A stretch of 64,000 bases of DNA from a virus (IMGVR_UViG_3300032225_001145:1-64000); one strand, 5' to 3'; counted from the first letter of the stretch, positions 1 to 10,526 are shown. Numbers and translations are program-made. Notes: generated from the letters alone by a model not told the origin.

Positions 1-4
1 AAAA

Positions 5-403
5 GTGCAGAGCACAGATTATGGTATATTAGCTGGCCCAGGTGTTACTGTGGTTGGTTACGACGACAATTATAATACTCCTCGTAGTGCTTATTTTAGT
101 GTACAGGATCAAACTACTGCTACACAGCAATGGGATTTTGGTATCTTAGGGTCGGGCAGCAACAATTTTACCATACGTAATAGAACCGCTGATTCCACCC
201 CGTTTGTAGTAAACACTGACGGCACTGTTCAATTTCAAGTCATGACAGTGGCCGATTTGCCCGCAGCCACAACTGCTGGATTAAAAACATTTGTCAATGA
301 TTCTAACAAAGTGGCATTGGGAAATTTTGGAAATATTGTAGGAAATGCCGGTTCAAATGTTGTACCAGTTTATAGTGATGGTGCCAACTGGCGTATAGGT
401 TAA
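5..403 (+). CDS. C-terminal part of a virion/tail-fibre-like protein (probably truncated by the window edge)
   Basis: G/T/N-rich beta-type sequence ending PVYSDGANWRIG, a C-terminus typical of phage tail proteins. Confidence 0.55.
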   Translation: MQSTDYGILAGPGVTVVGYDDNYNTPRSAYFSVQDQTTATQQWDFGILGSGSNNFTIRNRTADSTPFVVNTDGTVQFQVMTVADLPAATTAGLKTFVNDSNKVALGNFGNIVGNAGSNVVPVYSDGANWRIG

Positions 404-423
404 TTAAACAAAGGAAATACAGA

Positions 424-1389
424 ATGAAAAAAATAAATTTTATAGCAGCATTTATACTAACAGCGGCATCGTTGGTTGCGGTTGCTCAAAGTAATCAAAC
501 TCCGGTCAATATTACCACTGTGGTTCCTGCTGGAGACACCCGGCAGTTTACCAGTTATGGTAGCATGAATACTACGTACACTTTTAACACTCGAAACACA
601 ACAAATGCACAATTTTGCCAAGGCACCGACAACTGCTCATTGCCCACAGCACAAACAGGAGCAAATGCTTATACCATTTCCAATACACGCTGGGGAACAT
701 ACCAACTCATCAACAATGTTCCAGGTGCTTGTGCTCCAACAGTGACTTATGGTGGCGTTCAGTATTGTTTGTTGGAGTTTCATTTCCATGGTCCATCTGA
801 ACACTGGGTCAATAACTCAGCAACAGATCTAGAAGTGCATTTTGTTTTCTTTAATTTAACAGATGCAACATCTGGTGCACGTGGATTGTGTAACGCAAAT
901 TCATTATTGGTAATGGGTCAAAGAATGGTTGGCAACGGTAATGTAGCAAATGCTGCATGGACCAATGTGTTTAACGCAATACCAACTGCCAATGCTAGCG
1001 GCGCAGTTAGTGGTTCTAGTCTTAACCTCAACATCCAGACACTAATGGGCATTCCTGGTGGCAACATCAACTCTGCTCCAAGCTATAGATACAATGGTGG
1101 CTTGACTGCACCAATCAGCATTGCTACACTAGGGCAGACTAACGGTAATCAATCTAACAGTTGCGTGGCCAATACTAATCCTAATAATGGTAATCCATGG
1201 TGGGGCAATCCACAGAATCAGTTAAACAATGGAGCATATCCTGAAATTGTTCAGTGGGTGTTGTTCAGACAACCAATACAGTTGTCTGTGGCACAGGTAA
1301 ATCAGTTCAAGGCAAAATTTGCAGATGGAAATGCTCGTGCTGTTCAACCCAACACTGGTACTACAATTAACTTGGCCAATCCTAACTAA
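424..1389 (+). CDS. secreted alpha-class carbonic anhydrase
   Basis: Signal peptide; EFHFH..SEH..LEVHFV zinc-ligand pattern; YRYNGGLTAP (cf. YxGSLTTP); EIVQWVLF..PI; NARAVQP. Confidence 0.85.
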   Translation: MKKINFIAAFILTAASLVAVAQSNQTPVNITTVVPAGDTRQFTSYGSMNTTYTFNTRNTTNAQFCQGTDNCSLPTAQTGANAYTISNTRWGTYQLINNVPGACAPTVTYGGVQYCLLEFHFHGPSEHWVNNSATDLEVHFVFFNLTDATSGARGLCNANSLLVMGQRMVGNGNVANAAWTNVFNAIPTANASGAVSGSSLNLNIQTLMGIPGGNINSAPSYRYNGGLTAPISIATLGQTNGNQSNSCVANTNPNNGNPWWGNPQNQLNNGAYPEIVQWVLFRQPIQLSVAQVNQFKAKFADGNARAVQPNTGTTINLANPN

Positions 1390-1443
1390 ATATGTAAAAA
1401 GCAACAGCAACACCTATAATAAAAATAATAACAAGGAGTTACA

Positions 1444-1923
1444 ATGCCACAGGCACATGAAGAAAAACAAGAAGATTGGATGGCCAAACGCTGGCGTCCA
1501 GCAATGGGTTGGTTGTATATGGCTGTGTGTGCTTTTGATTTTATCATAGCACCAGTGTTATGGTCAATGACTCAAGCATACTATCATATTGTGCCTTTTG
1601 TTCAATGGCAACCCTTGACCTTACAAGGTGCAGGCCTATTCCATCTGGCCATGGGAGCTGTGCTTGGTATTGCGGCATACGGTCGTACCAAAGAAAAAAT
1701 GGCCGGCGCAGAGCAAGGTGGTCTTGGCAACGGTGGACCAGATTTAAGTCAAGGATTTGGCGCAGGAACAACTTATGTTCCACCCAACGCAACCACAATG
1801 AATAATATTAATCAAGGCAATCAACCCAGCTTTGGTGGAGCTCCAGCATTTAACACAGCGGCACCAACTTCACCGACGACAGGTAAACCATTGGGACCAG
1901 CATTGTCATTTCCAGCAATATAA
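1444..1923 (+). CDS. holin-like membrane protein (3TM holin type)
   Basis: WRPAMGWLY motif, hydrophobic helices, GRTKEK. Confidence 0.65.
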   Translation: MPQAHEEKQEDWMAKRWRPAMGWLYMAVCAFDFIIAPVLWSMTQAYYHIVPFVQWQPLTLQGAGLFHLAMGAVLGIAAYGRTKEKMAGAEQGGLGNGGPDLSQGFGAGTTYVPPNATTMNNINQGNQPSFGGAPAFNTAAPTSPTTGKPLGPALSFPAI

Positions 1924-1939
1924 TTAAAGGAGAATCATC

Positions 1940-2059
1940 ATGTTAGACACACTATTTTGGATCGCAGTAGGAGCATTTGTAGGTTGGAATTTTCCACAAC
2001 CATTTTGGGCTAAGGCAATTCAAGCCAAAATTCAAACTATGATAACCAAGGGCAAATAA
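1940..2059 (+). CDS. small membrane protein (39 aa, MLDTLFWIAVGAFVGWNFPQPFWAK...)
   Basis: AAGGAG SD, ATG at 1940, TAA 2057-2059; not in ORF track. Confidence 0.7.
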   Translation: MLDTLFWIAVGAFVGWNFPQPFWAKAIQAKIQTMITKGK

Positions 2060-2060
2060 A

Positions 2061-2264
2061 ATGAAAAAGTTTTTAATCGCATTGAATATTGTCATTTGGT
2101 CTTTGGTAAGCTACGAAATTGCACACGCAGAAGCAGTAGTTAAAAAGGTTTGTCACGAAGATGCCAAAACCAAAAAAGAAGTGTGTAAGAATGTTAAAAC
2201 ACACAAAAAGGTAGAAGGCACTAAGGTTCCAGAAAAAGCTCCGGCAAAATCGACTAAAAAATAA
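2061..2264 (+). CDS. small exported Lys-rich protein
   Basis: Signal peptide ending AHA, two Cys, basic tail. Confidence 0.6.
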   Translation: MKKFLIALNIVIWSLVSYEIAHAEAVVKKVCHEDAKTKKEVCKNVKTHKKVEGTKVPEKAPAKSTKK

Positions 2265-2302
2265 TTGTATTACTCCGACAAAGATAGTATAATTACTATA
2301 CT

Positions 2303-3103
2303 ATGAGTGACCATTATCAAACCCTGGGGGTTAAGCGTGATGCTAGTCCCGACGAAATTAAAAAGGCTTATCGAAAGCTAGCTAGCCAGCATCACCCCGA
2401 CAAAGGTGGTGATAAACATAAATTTCAAGAGATTGAACAAGCATATCGTACATTAAGCGATCCACAACAACGAGCTCAACACGATAATCCTATGCCACAA
2501 GGATTCAATTTTGAATTTCAAGGTGGCCCAGGTGGATTTGATCTTAATAACATTTTTAGTATGTTTGGAGCACAATTCCATCAGCAAGGATTCCATCCAC
2601 AACAACAACGACAAACACATACTCGCATGAGTTTGTGGATAACATTACAAGATGTGGCGCAAGGTGGAAAACGGCCTGTTAATGTTGGCACACAACAAGG
2701 CTCGATGACTATTGAAATTGAAATCCCATTAGGTATCGAAGACGGAGATAATGTACAATATTCTGGAATTGGGCCTGGCAACACCGACTTAATTGTAAAC
2801 TTTAGAATACACCAAAATCCAAAATGGCAGCGTAACGGGTTAACCTTAACTACCGATCATAGTATTAGTGTATGGGATTGTTTAGTTGGCGGTGAAACAA
2901 AAATTAAAGATATATTAGGCAACGAATATACCCTTTCTATCCCGCCATTATCACAACCGGGTAGTTTGCTTAGATTAAAAGGAAAAGGACTGGCTTCTCG
3001 TCAATCTCATCCAGGCGATTTATTAGTAAGACTACACACCAGAATGCCTAACAAAATTAGTCCCGAATTAATTGATCTTATCAAAGAAGAGCAAAAGAAG
3101 TAA
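2303..3103 (+). CDS. DnaJ/CbpA-type co-chaperone
   Basis: J-domain with HPD, G/F-rich linker, DnaJ C-terminal domain, no zinc finger. Confidence 0.92.
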   Translation: MSDHYQTLGVKRDASPDEIKKAYRKLASQHHPDKGGDKHKFQEIEQAYRTLSDPQQRAQHDNPMPQGFNFEFQGGPGGFDLNNIFSMFGAQFHQQGFHPQQQRQTHTRMSLWITLQDVAQGGKRPVNVGTQQGSMTIEIEIPLGIEDGDNVQYSGIGPGNTDLIVNFRIHQNPKWQRNGLTLTTDHSISVWDCLVGGETKIKDILGNEYTLSIPPLSQPGSLLRLKGKGLASRQSHPGDLLVRLHTRMPNKISPELIDLIKEEQKK

Positions 3104-3166
3104 CCATATTGGTTGAATTTTAAATCAAACTACTATATAATAGTATAGTACCACGCAAAGGAAAAC

Positions 3167-5446
3167 ATGCAAAACAATAAAGAAATCGAACAGATCGTAG
3201 CTAATGCAGTTAAAATGGCAAAAGAAAAACAGCACGAGTATGTTTTAACCGAGCATGTTTTATTGGCATTAGTACGCCATGTTCCCTTCAACAAAGTACT
3301 TGAATCTTTTGGCTGCAATGTTAATTCGTTAGACAACGAATTAGATGCTTATATTAATAGCCTTGCTAGTCTTGTTACCAATAAAAAAGATTTTCAACCT
3401 AAAAAAACTAATGCCCTTGAACGTTGTTTTAATCGGGCGATGACACAGGTATTGTTTACCGGGCGTCGTAGTATGAATACTGGTGATTTATATCTAGCTA
3501 TGATGGCTGAAAATAATTCACACGCACACTATTTTTTATTAAAGTACGGCGTTAAGAAAAAAGAGTTTATGGAATATTGGCAGACACATTATAAGCATGA
3601 TGATGTTACTATTACTAGTTCGCAGGCCGACGAAATCTTAACTGAGTACTGTATAAATTTAACTAAATTGGCTGCCGAAGATCGTTTAGAGCCAATGATT
3701 GGCCGTAGTGAAGAACTAGATGAAATTATCACAGTTTTAGCTCGCAAATTTAAAGCTAATGTATTAATGGTTGGCGATCCAGGTGTAGGTAAGACAGCTA
3801 TAGCAGAAGGTCTCGCACAAGAAATTATGTTAAATCGTGTACCACAATTTTTAATGGGACACGAAGTATGGAGTTTAGAAGTTGGTAGTTTGTTAGCCGG
3901 TTCTAAATATCGTGGCGAATTTGAAGAAAAATTTAAACAGGTTATTGGCGCATTAGAAACTAAGAAAAATTGTATCTTGTTTATTGATGAGGCACATACT
4001 ATGAAGGGCGCCGGCGCCAGTACTCAAAGCACATTGGATTTTGCCAATATGTTAAAACCTGCTATTACTAAAGGCAATCTAAAAGTGGTAGCAAGTACTA
4101 CATGGGAAGAATTCTACGAGTCCTTTGAAAAGGATCGTGCGTTAATGCGTCGATTCCATCGTGTAGGTATTGACGAGCCAAGTCCAGAAGTTACAGAACA
4201 AATCCTTATTGGATTAAGTCCACGCTTGGAACAGTTCCATAATGTATTGATTGATACAGATGCTATCAAATCTGCTGTAGAATTAAGTGGTCGTTATATA
4301 CATGATCGCAAAAATCCAGATAAAAGTATTGACTTGTTAGACGGTGCTTGTGCTAAAGAGCGAGTTAAAGACATCGGCAATGTAACTATTAACAAAGAAA
4401 TGATCATGGCTCAGTTAAGTCGTGTCACTGAAGTTCCCATGGATAGATTACAAAACGAGCGCAGTTCCAATATCATGGAACTAGAAGGTAATATCAAACA
4501 AAAACTATATGGGCAGGATCAAGCTGTTGATTCAGTACTTGAGCGAGTTTATATTAACTTCTCTGGCATTGGCAACGATAATCGTCCTATTGCTAGTTTC
4601 TTGTTCCTTGGTCCAACAGGTACAGGTAAAACTGAACTTGCTAAATTATTAGCAGAAGGCCTTGACATGCAGTTATTAAAATATGACATGTCTGAGTATC
4701 AAGAAAAACATACAGTAAGTAGTTTGATTGGCGCTCCCCCAGGTTATGTAGGCTTTGAAGATGGCAATGTAGGCGGTGGTAAACTTATCAGTGATGTTAG
4801 CAAAAATCCGTATTCTATCTTATTGTTTGATGAGATTGAAAAAGCTCACCCCGATGTCATTAATATTATGCTACAAATGCTAGACGAAGCTCGCATTACC
4901 AGTGCTAATGGTAAGACAGTTAATCTTAAAAACACTATCATTATTATGACTAGTAATTTGGGTGCTCGCGACAATGAAAACAATAACATTGGTTTTGGTA
5001 AATCGTTAGAGAAAACTGGATCTGAAGATAAAGCAATGAAGGATTTCTTCAAACCAGAGCTACGCAATCGTATTGACCAAGTATGTAAGTTTAAGAAACT
5101 TGATACACTTGCTATCAAGAAAGTTGTACTTAAATTTGTTGATCAACTACAAGTTAGTCTTGTTGCTAAAAATATTAAACTTAACTTGGCTGAATCAGTT
5201 ATCGATATGTTGGCTGAAAAAGGATATGATCCTAAGATGGGTGCCCGTCCGCTAAATCGTAAGATCGACGAACTAATCCGCGTACCACTAAGTAAAAAGA
5301 TTTTATTTGAAAGATTATCTGACTGTACTATTAATGCTATCATGATTGATGATAAGATTGACTTCACAATCATACAACCAGCGCCCATGGCTTTGGTAAA
5401 TGACTCCGGTATTATTGTGCTAGATGGCGAATCTCCTACAGTTTAA
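3167..5446 (+). CDS. clpA: ATP-dependent Clp protease ATP-binding subunit, ClpA type
   Basis: Clp N-domain, two AAA modules (GDPGVGKT, GPTGTGKT), GAPPGYVG, IGF ClpP-docking loop, no ClpB middle domain. Confidence 0.9.
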   Translation: MQNNKEIEQIVANAVKMAKEKQHEYVLTEHVLLALVRHVPFNKVLESFGCNVNSLDNELDAYINSLASLVTNKKDFQPKKTNALERCFNRAMTQVLFTGRRSMNTGDLYLAMMAENNSHAHYFLLKYGVKKKEFMEYWQTHYKHDDVTITSSQADEILTEYCINLTKLAAEDRLEPMIGRSEELDEIITVLARKFKANVLMVGDPGVGKTAIAEGLAQEIMLNRVPQFLMGHEVWSLEVGSLLAGSKYRGEFEEKFKQVIGALETKKNCILFIDEAHTMKGAGASTQSTLDFANMLKPAITKGNLKVVASTTWEEFYESFEKDRALMRRFHRVGIDEPSPEVTEQILIGLSPRLEQFHNVLIDTDAIKSAVELSGRYIHDRKNPDKSIDLLDGACAKERVKDIGNVTINKEMIMAQLSRVTEVPMDRLQNERSSNIMELEGNIKQKLYGQDQAVDSVLERVYINFSGIGNDNRPIASFLFLGPTGTGKTELAKLLAEGLDMQLLKYDMSEYQEKHTVSSLIGAPPGYVGFEDGNVGGGKLISDVSKNPYSILLFDEIEKAHPDVINIMLQMLDEARITSANGKTVNLKNTIIIMTSNLGARDNENNNIGFGKSLEKTGSEDKAMKDFFKPELRNRIDQVCKFKKLDTLAIKKVVLKFVDQLQVSLVAKNIKLNLAESVIDMLAEKGYDPKMGARPLNRKIDELIRVPLSKKILFERLSDCTINAIMIDDKIDFTIIQPAPMALVNDSGIIVLDGESPTV

Positions 5447-6131
5447 ACCTGTTCCCAAGGATAGTTATTTCTACGGCAAATATCGATACTGTATAGCATT
5501 CACTTTGGATGAAGCAAATGCCTTGAAATCTCTCGACCACGAATATATTGATGCTATAATCGAACGAAGAATCCTATGGCGTGAAGTCGCACAGCAAAGA
5601 TGGACTGGTGGCTCACAAAATTTTAAACATACTATTATATCAAAACGATGGCGGCCAATCACTGACAAAACTTCCGAGGATTTACATGATTTTGCTGAGA
5701 TATTAATTTCAACTTCAGTGGAATATAAGTTAGTAACTTCAATTAATAACGGTTGGGTATATACAAATGCTATCAGTTTAATTAAAAAATTAAAAAATTT
5801 AAATTATCTTACAGATAAAGATTATACAGAAGCTGTGGTATCCAGACCTAAAGATACTGTTAAATTAAAAATGCCTAAACATACTCACAGAAGTTATTTA
5901 AAAAGTATTAAATTAAGTAGTCAACAAAAACAGAATCTTATTAACTTTTTTGCTAATCAAGCAGAGCATGTAAGAGTCGCACCAGCATTTAATAAGTGGT
6001 TAGTAGAAAGCCCTTATCTGCGTACTCAAGACTATTTTTTCATAGATCATATAGGCGAAAGCTGGCTAGTCATGGTAAATTTAATCTATCCTGGGCTAAT
6101 TAGAAAGACTATGGAAATTATACCAGCATAA
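5424..6131 (+). CDS. hypothetical protein
   Basis: 235-aa ORF in operon context. Confidence 0.7.
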   Translation: MANLLQFKPVPKDSYFYGKYRYCIAFTLDEANALKSLDHEYIDAIIERRILWREVAQQRWTGGSQNFKHTIISKRWRPITDKTSEDLHDFAEILISTSVEYKLVTSINNGWVYTNAISLIKKLKNLNYLTDKDYTEAVVSRPKDTVKLKMPKHTHRSYLKSIKLSSQQKQNLINFFANQAEHVRVAPAFNKWLVESPYLRTQDYFFIDHIGESWLVMVNLIYPGLIRKTMEIIPA

Positions 6132-6141
6132 ATAGTATACT

Positions 6142-6510
6142 ATGACGACTTTTACTAACGAATCTTTATTGCCAACTACAGTTTATGGAACCCCATCGGG
6201 TAACTATGACGGTACGAGTTCAGCATTTACAGGCAATGCTATCCCAGCCGCAAATTATTATGGCGGGCAAGGATCAGCTCAAACAGCTATAATTGAAACT
6301 ACAGGATTTACCGGGGTTATTACTATAGAAGCTACGCTAAACGACTGGACCCAACAAGCGGAATGGTTTGCTGTTGAAACTTATGGCAATGCTAGTGCCC
6401 CTACTACAGATACACAAGCTATTAATATGCTGGGCAATTTTGTATGGCTTCGTGCTAGAGTAACAGATTTTACTGCTGGCACAATAAACTCAGGAAATGT
6501 AATATTCTAA
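6142..6510 (+). CDS. putative virion structural protein
   Basis: T/G/A-rich; TAAATA late promoter at 6129-6134. Confidence 0.55.
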   Translation: MTTFTNESLLPTTVYGTPSGNYDGTSSAFTGNAIPAANYYGGQGSAQTAIIETTGFTGVITIEATLNDWTQQAEWFAVETYGNASAPTTDTQAINMLGNFVWLRARVTDFTAGTINSGNVIF

Positions 6511-6537
6511 TCTAGCTATTTTGAGCTAAATATTAGG

Positions 6538-7356
6538 ATGCGTACAGTTGTAATATATCCCGGAAGATTTCAACCAGGGCACAAAGGCCATAAGTCCAGT
6601 TACGACTATCTCGTTAAGAAATTTGGGGACGGAAATGTTTATGTAGCTACATCCGATGTAACTGCCCCGGTGACCAATCCCTTTAGTTTTTCTGATAAAG
6701 TTGAAATGCTTACTAAGTTAGGTATTCCTTCTGGTCGTATTGTCCAAGTACGCAATCCTTATCAAGCACAAGAAATCACCAAAGATATTCCGGATCCCGA
6801 AAACACAGCTCTTGTATTTGCTGTATCTGAAAAGGACATGGGCGAAACTCCTCGTTTTAAATTTGGCGTTAAAAAGAATGGCGAACCGAGTTATATGCAA
6901 CCATATCCTAAGGAAGGCAAGCTACAACCGTTGACCAAACACGCTTATGTAATGGTTACACCAACTACTATATTTAAAGTTCAGGGTAAAGATGCTAATT
7001 CTGCTAGTACAATACGCAAAATGTATACAGACGGCAATGCGAATGATCGTAAACAAATTTTACATGATTTATATGGCGAGGATGATCCAGCCTTACAACA
7101 ATTATTTGATAAAAAATTAGGTGTAGCACAAAAAGCTCGTGATTTTGTCATACAAGAACCTGCTATAGATGGCGATGTGATTGACCAACCCAAACCGGTA
7201 ATTCGCAACGAATCTAAGCAACACAGGGCAAAAATAGCAAAACTAATCGAGTCAACTGTTTTGGCAGAACGCACAGCCGCACATTGTTACAGAAGTTTTG
7301 AAGAAGATTTAATCCCTAATTACATAGACGAAAAATCAGGCAGAAAATTTTACTAG
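6538..7356 (+). CDS. cytidyltransferase-like (HxGH) nucleotidyltransferase
   Basis: YPGRFQPGHKGH and SASTIR motifs. Confidence 0.8.
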   Translation: MRTVVIYPGRFQPGHKGHKSSYDYLVKKFGDGNVYVATSDVTAPVTNPFSFSDKVEMLTKLGIPSGRIVQVRNPYQAQEITKDIPDPENTALVFAVSEKDMGETPRFKFGVKKNGEPSYMQPYPKEGKLQPLTKHAYVMVTPTTIFKVQGKDANSASTIRKMYTDGNANDRKQILHDLYGEDDPALQQLFDKKLGVAQKARDFVIQEPAIDGDVIDQPKPVIRNESKQHRAKIAKLIESTVLAERTAAHCYRSFEEDLIPNYIDEKSGRKFY

Positions 7357-7401
7357 GTCGTCTTACTCTTGTAAATATGTTACACTTTATAAGAGGAAAA
7401 C

Positions 7402-8310
7402 ATGGCAACAAACCAAGACGTAGTACCTACAACAGAAGCCCCAGCAGCAACACAAACAGCCCCAGGGCCTGGACAAGTTCAAGTTAACATTGATTATTTA
7501 AAAACTACCCGTGTACATATTTGTATGCCATGTTACGGCGGTATGTTAACAGAGTCATGCTTTATGAGCTATATCAAGTGGGCTAATACAGCTCGTCAAC
7601 TTGGCATTGACTGGACTATGGAAACAATGACTAACGAGTCGTTGATTAGTCGTGCCCGTAACACACTCACAGCTAAATTTCTCTCTAACCCAGATTCAAC
7701 ACATTTAATGTTTATTGACGCAGATATTGGCTGGGAGCCATGGCATTTGCTAGTTATGTTGAACCGTGATGTTGATGTCATCGGCGGATTATACCCAATG
7801 AAATCATTACCAGTTAAATGGTGTGTTAATGGATTTGACGGTGCCGAAGAAGGTCCAGATGGTCTACAAGAAGTTACTAAAACAGGAACAGGTTTCTTGC
7901 TAATGAAACGCCATGTATTTGAAAAATTAAACGCTCACCCAGCAGTCAAGCCTTTTAACTCTGATATCGGTCTCCCACCAGAGCTTAATGTTTACATGAA
8001 GACCTACTTTGATACGGCAGTTCGCGAGAACCGTTACTATTCAGAGGACTGGACTTTCTGTGAAAACTGGCGTGATCTAGGTGGTAAGATTTGGGTTGAT
8101 AAACGAGTATTGTTAAAGCATACAGGTACCTATGTATTTGATTATGCCGCACAAGATCAGCTTTACAAAGATCTACACGCATTGGCTATGAACAATCAGC
8201 AACCAGCACAAACAATCGCCCAAGCGGCTGCGAGTACTGGCCCAGTAGCCGAGCCACAAGCTCCTAAAGCAGCAGTAGTTGCTTCAAGCAAAGGTAAGAA
8301 AAAGAAATAA
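7402..8310 (+). CDS. GT-A fold glycosyltransferase-like protein
   Basis: SLISRARN, FIDADI (DxD), GTGFLL, SEDWTFC. Confidence 0.8.
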   Translation: MATNQDVVPTTEAPAATQTAPGPGQVQVNIDYLKTTRVHICMPCYGGMLTESCFMSYIKWANTARQLGIDWTMETMTNESLISRARNTLTAKFLSNPDSTHLMFIDADIGWEPWHLLVMLNRDVDVIGGLYPMKSLPVKWCVNGFDGAEEGPDGLQEVTKTGTGFLLMKRHVFEKLNAHPAVKPFNSDIGLPPELNVYMKTYFDTAVRENRYYSEDWTFCENWRDLGGKIWVDKRVLLKHTGTYVFDYAAQDQLYKDLHALAMNNQQPAQTIAQAAASTGPVAEPQAPKAAVVASSKGKKKK

Positions 8311-8335
8311 ACTAGGTAGTTTATAAACGGGCAGA

Positions 8336-8369
8336 GGCCGCTAGAGCAATCTAAGCGGCTTTTGTTTTT
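8336..8369 (+). terminator. rho-independent terminator
   Basis: GCCGCTAGA-GCAA-TCTAAGCGGC hairpin followed by T-rich tract. Confidence 0.75.
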
Positions 8370-8384
8370 CCGCTAAATATATTA

Positions 8385-10526
8385 ATGAACATTGAACAAT
8401 TAGAATCCTTCAATCTAGCGGATGCTGTAAAGTTTCATGACAACCTTAACCCGTTAATATGGGATAAAAGCGAACATTTACATCCTGAAATTAGAGATCA
8501 ACTATTAGAAATAGCCGCAGATTTTGGCGAGTTTCTTGGAGTGGACAATTTAAATTTAAAAGATATAACAATCTCAGGTAGCAATGCTGCTTTTTCATAC
8601 ACTCCACATTCTGACATAGATTTACATTTAATTGTAGACTTAGGTGACGAAGCACACAAAGACATATACCGCGAGTTGTTTGATGCTAAAAAGTTTATCT
8701 ATAACACGGAACATAAGATTACTATTAAAGGTATTCCAGTTGAGTTATATGTACAAGATGCCAATGAAGAACATCATAGTCAAGGAATTTACAGTATACT
8801 GAATAATGATTGGATTCAAATTCCTCGCCGTAAACAATCAGATATTGATGATGTAAGTGTGCGTAGCAAATATAAAGATTTAAGTAAGCGTATAAAAGAA
8901 GCTATCAAATCTAAATCACTAGAACAGATGACTAGTGTAATGGACAAGATAAAAGAAATGCGTGGAGCAGGACTGGCCAATCACGGCGAGTTTGGTCCAG
9001 AAAATTTAGCATTTAAATTGTTACGCAATAAAGGTGATTTGAAGAAATTACACAATGCTCGCAAACAGGCAAAGAGTGTTGAACTAAGTTTGAAAGAGCG
9101 CAAGCCACAACAACCAACTACATACGGGTTTGGTCCTGACTATATTGAAGAAGTTGGTATTACTCCAGATGGTACTAACCCAACTACTTCTGAATTTACC
9201 AACGAAGCGCAGTTAGATGAAGTAGGCGTTACTCCAGACGGTACTAATCCAACTACTTGTATGTTTACCAACGAATCCGACAATAATAAATCTATCATCA
9301 AAGATTTTGTTAATTTTTGTATCAATGAATTAGAATTACAAAAAGAAATCAATTTAAGATTACGCCGTGACCCACAATGGTCTGCCCGTAACAAAACATT
9401 TGGACGATATAACGATACTACCAATGAATTAGAAGTAGGTCTAGGTGGCCGTCATATCATGGACATACTTAGAACTATAGCACACGAGCTAGTACATCAA
9501 AAACAAAATGAAATGGCTCCAGTGCCAGATGATGCTGGCGAAGATGGTAGCCCATATGAGAATGAAGCCAATGCTCGAGCAGGTGTGTTAATGCGTAAGT
9601 ATGGTTCTGAACATCCAGAATTGTTTATGGGCAGTGAATCGCCCGAGTCTTCTAAATCATTAAAAGAATATATTTCCATGGGCTCGGACAAAAATTTCCA
9701 AGAAGCAGAACCTTATAAAAATTATAAGATATATGTACGCATAAAACCTTTTGGTAATACTGGAATATATACTGCTCATACAGAAATAGATCGCAAAGAA
9801 TTCAAAGGCCAAGGCAAAACACAAGAAGAAGCGATTCAAGCTGCTCGTGACAAAATTGATTTTGTATTAAATGCCCAAAAGAAAGTTACTGGCTCTAGTA
9901 CGATTGATTTTAATGTTAAATTTGCTACAGATTTATTGGCAGATCCTCGACAAACATTTTACGCTAAATTAGAAAATATTGACGGCGGGCCTAAATTAAT
10001 AATCGCTGGTCCAGATATTGTAGCAGATCCAGAATTATTGGCTGCCGGAGATTTTAAGAAAAGTTCGTTACGGACTCAAGTTGATGACGCAGGCAACACT
10101 ACTCCTTTACCGGGCATTCCGTTATCTGCTAAAAGTCTTAGGGCTGGTGAGTGGATAGCCAATGGTAGATATACCATAGGAAATGAAACTACGGATAGCG
10201 ATGGTAACCGGGTGTTTGATTTAACTTACCATAGCACAGCACATACTAAAAGTGATAAACTACGATTAACTCAACCAGCATTTACTTTAGGCACCAATCG
10301 TGAAATAAGTGAAGCTAGTGGCTATATACCTACAGCCGCACAAGCTCACGATCCACGCTTTGAAATGGCACTTACTGTAGACATTCGCCCAGGAGCATTA
10401 GGTAAGAATGCCAACAAGTTATTGCTAAACACAGATAGTCAAGGACACCCACAAGAATTACGCCCAGACGGCATTGTAAAAAGAATGATGGAAGAATTAG
10501 AATTATTTAAAAGGAATTATCAATGA
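8385..10526 (+). CDS. modular protein: Pol-beta-type nucleotidyltransferase, HExxH zincin-like domain and further modules
   Basis: GSNA..SDIDLH..VELYVQD; AHELVH..ENEANA; internal tandem repeat. Confidence 0.75.
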   Translation: MNIEQLESFNLADAVKFHDNLNPLIWDKSEHLHPEIRDQLLEIAADFGEFLGVDNLNLKDITISGSNAAFSYTPHSDIDLHLIVDLGDEAHKDIYRELFDAKKFIYNTEHKITIKGIPVELYVQDANEEHHSQGIYSILNNDWIQIPRRKQSDIDDVSVRSKYKDLSKRIKEAIKSKSLEQMTSVMDKIKEMRGAGLANHGEFGPENLAFKLLRNKGDLKKLHNARKQAKSVELSLKERKPQQPTTYGFGPDYIEEVGITPDGTNPTTSEFTNEAQLDEVGVTPDGTNPTTCMFTNESDNNKSIIKDFVNFCINELELQKEINLRLRRDPQWSARNKTFGRYNDTTNELEVGLGGRHIMDILRTIAHELVHQKQNEMAPVPDDAGEDGSPYENEANARAGVLMRKYGSEHPELFMGSESPESSKSLKEYISMGSDKNFQEAEPYKNYKIYVRIKPFGNTGIYTAHTEIDRKEFKGQGKTQEEAIQAARDKIDFVLNAQKKVTGSSTIDFNVKFATDLLADPRQTFYAKLENIDGGPKLIIAGPDIVADPELLAAGDFKKSSLRTQVDDAGNTTPLPGIPLSAKSLRAGEWIANGRYTIGNETTDSDGNRVFDLTYHSTAHTKSDKLRLTQPAFTLGTNREISEASGYIPTAAQAHDPRFEMALTVDIRPGALGKNANKLLLNTDSQGHPQELRPDGIVKRMMEELELFKRNYQ
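9147..9275 (+). repeat. tandem duplication of a 20-codon unit (xEVGxTPDGTNPTTxxFTNE)
   Basis: Copies at 9147-9206 and 9216-9275, similar at DNA and protein level. Confidence 0.85.
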
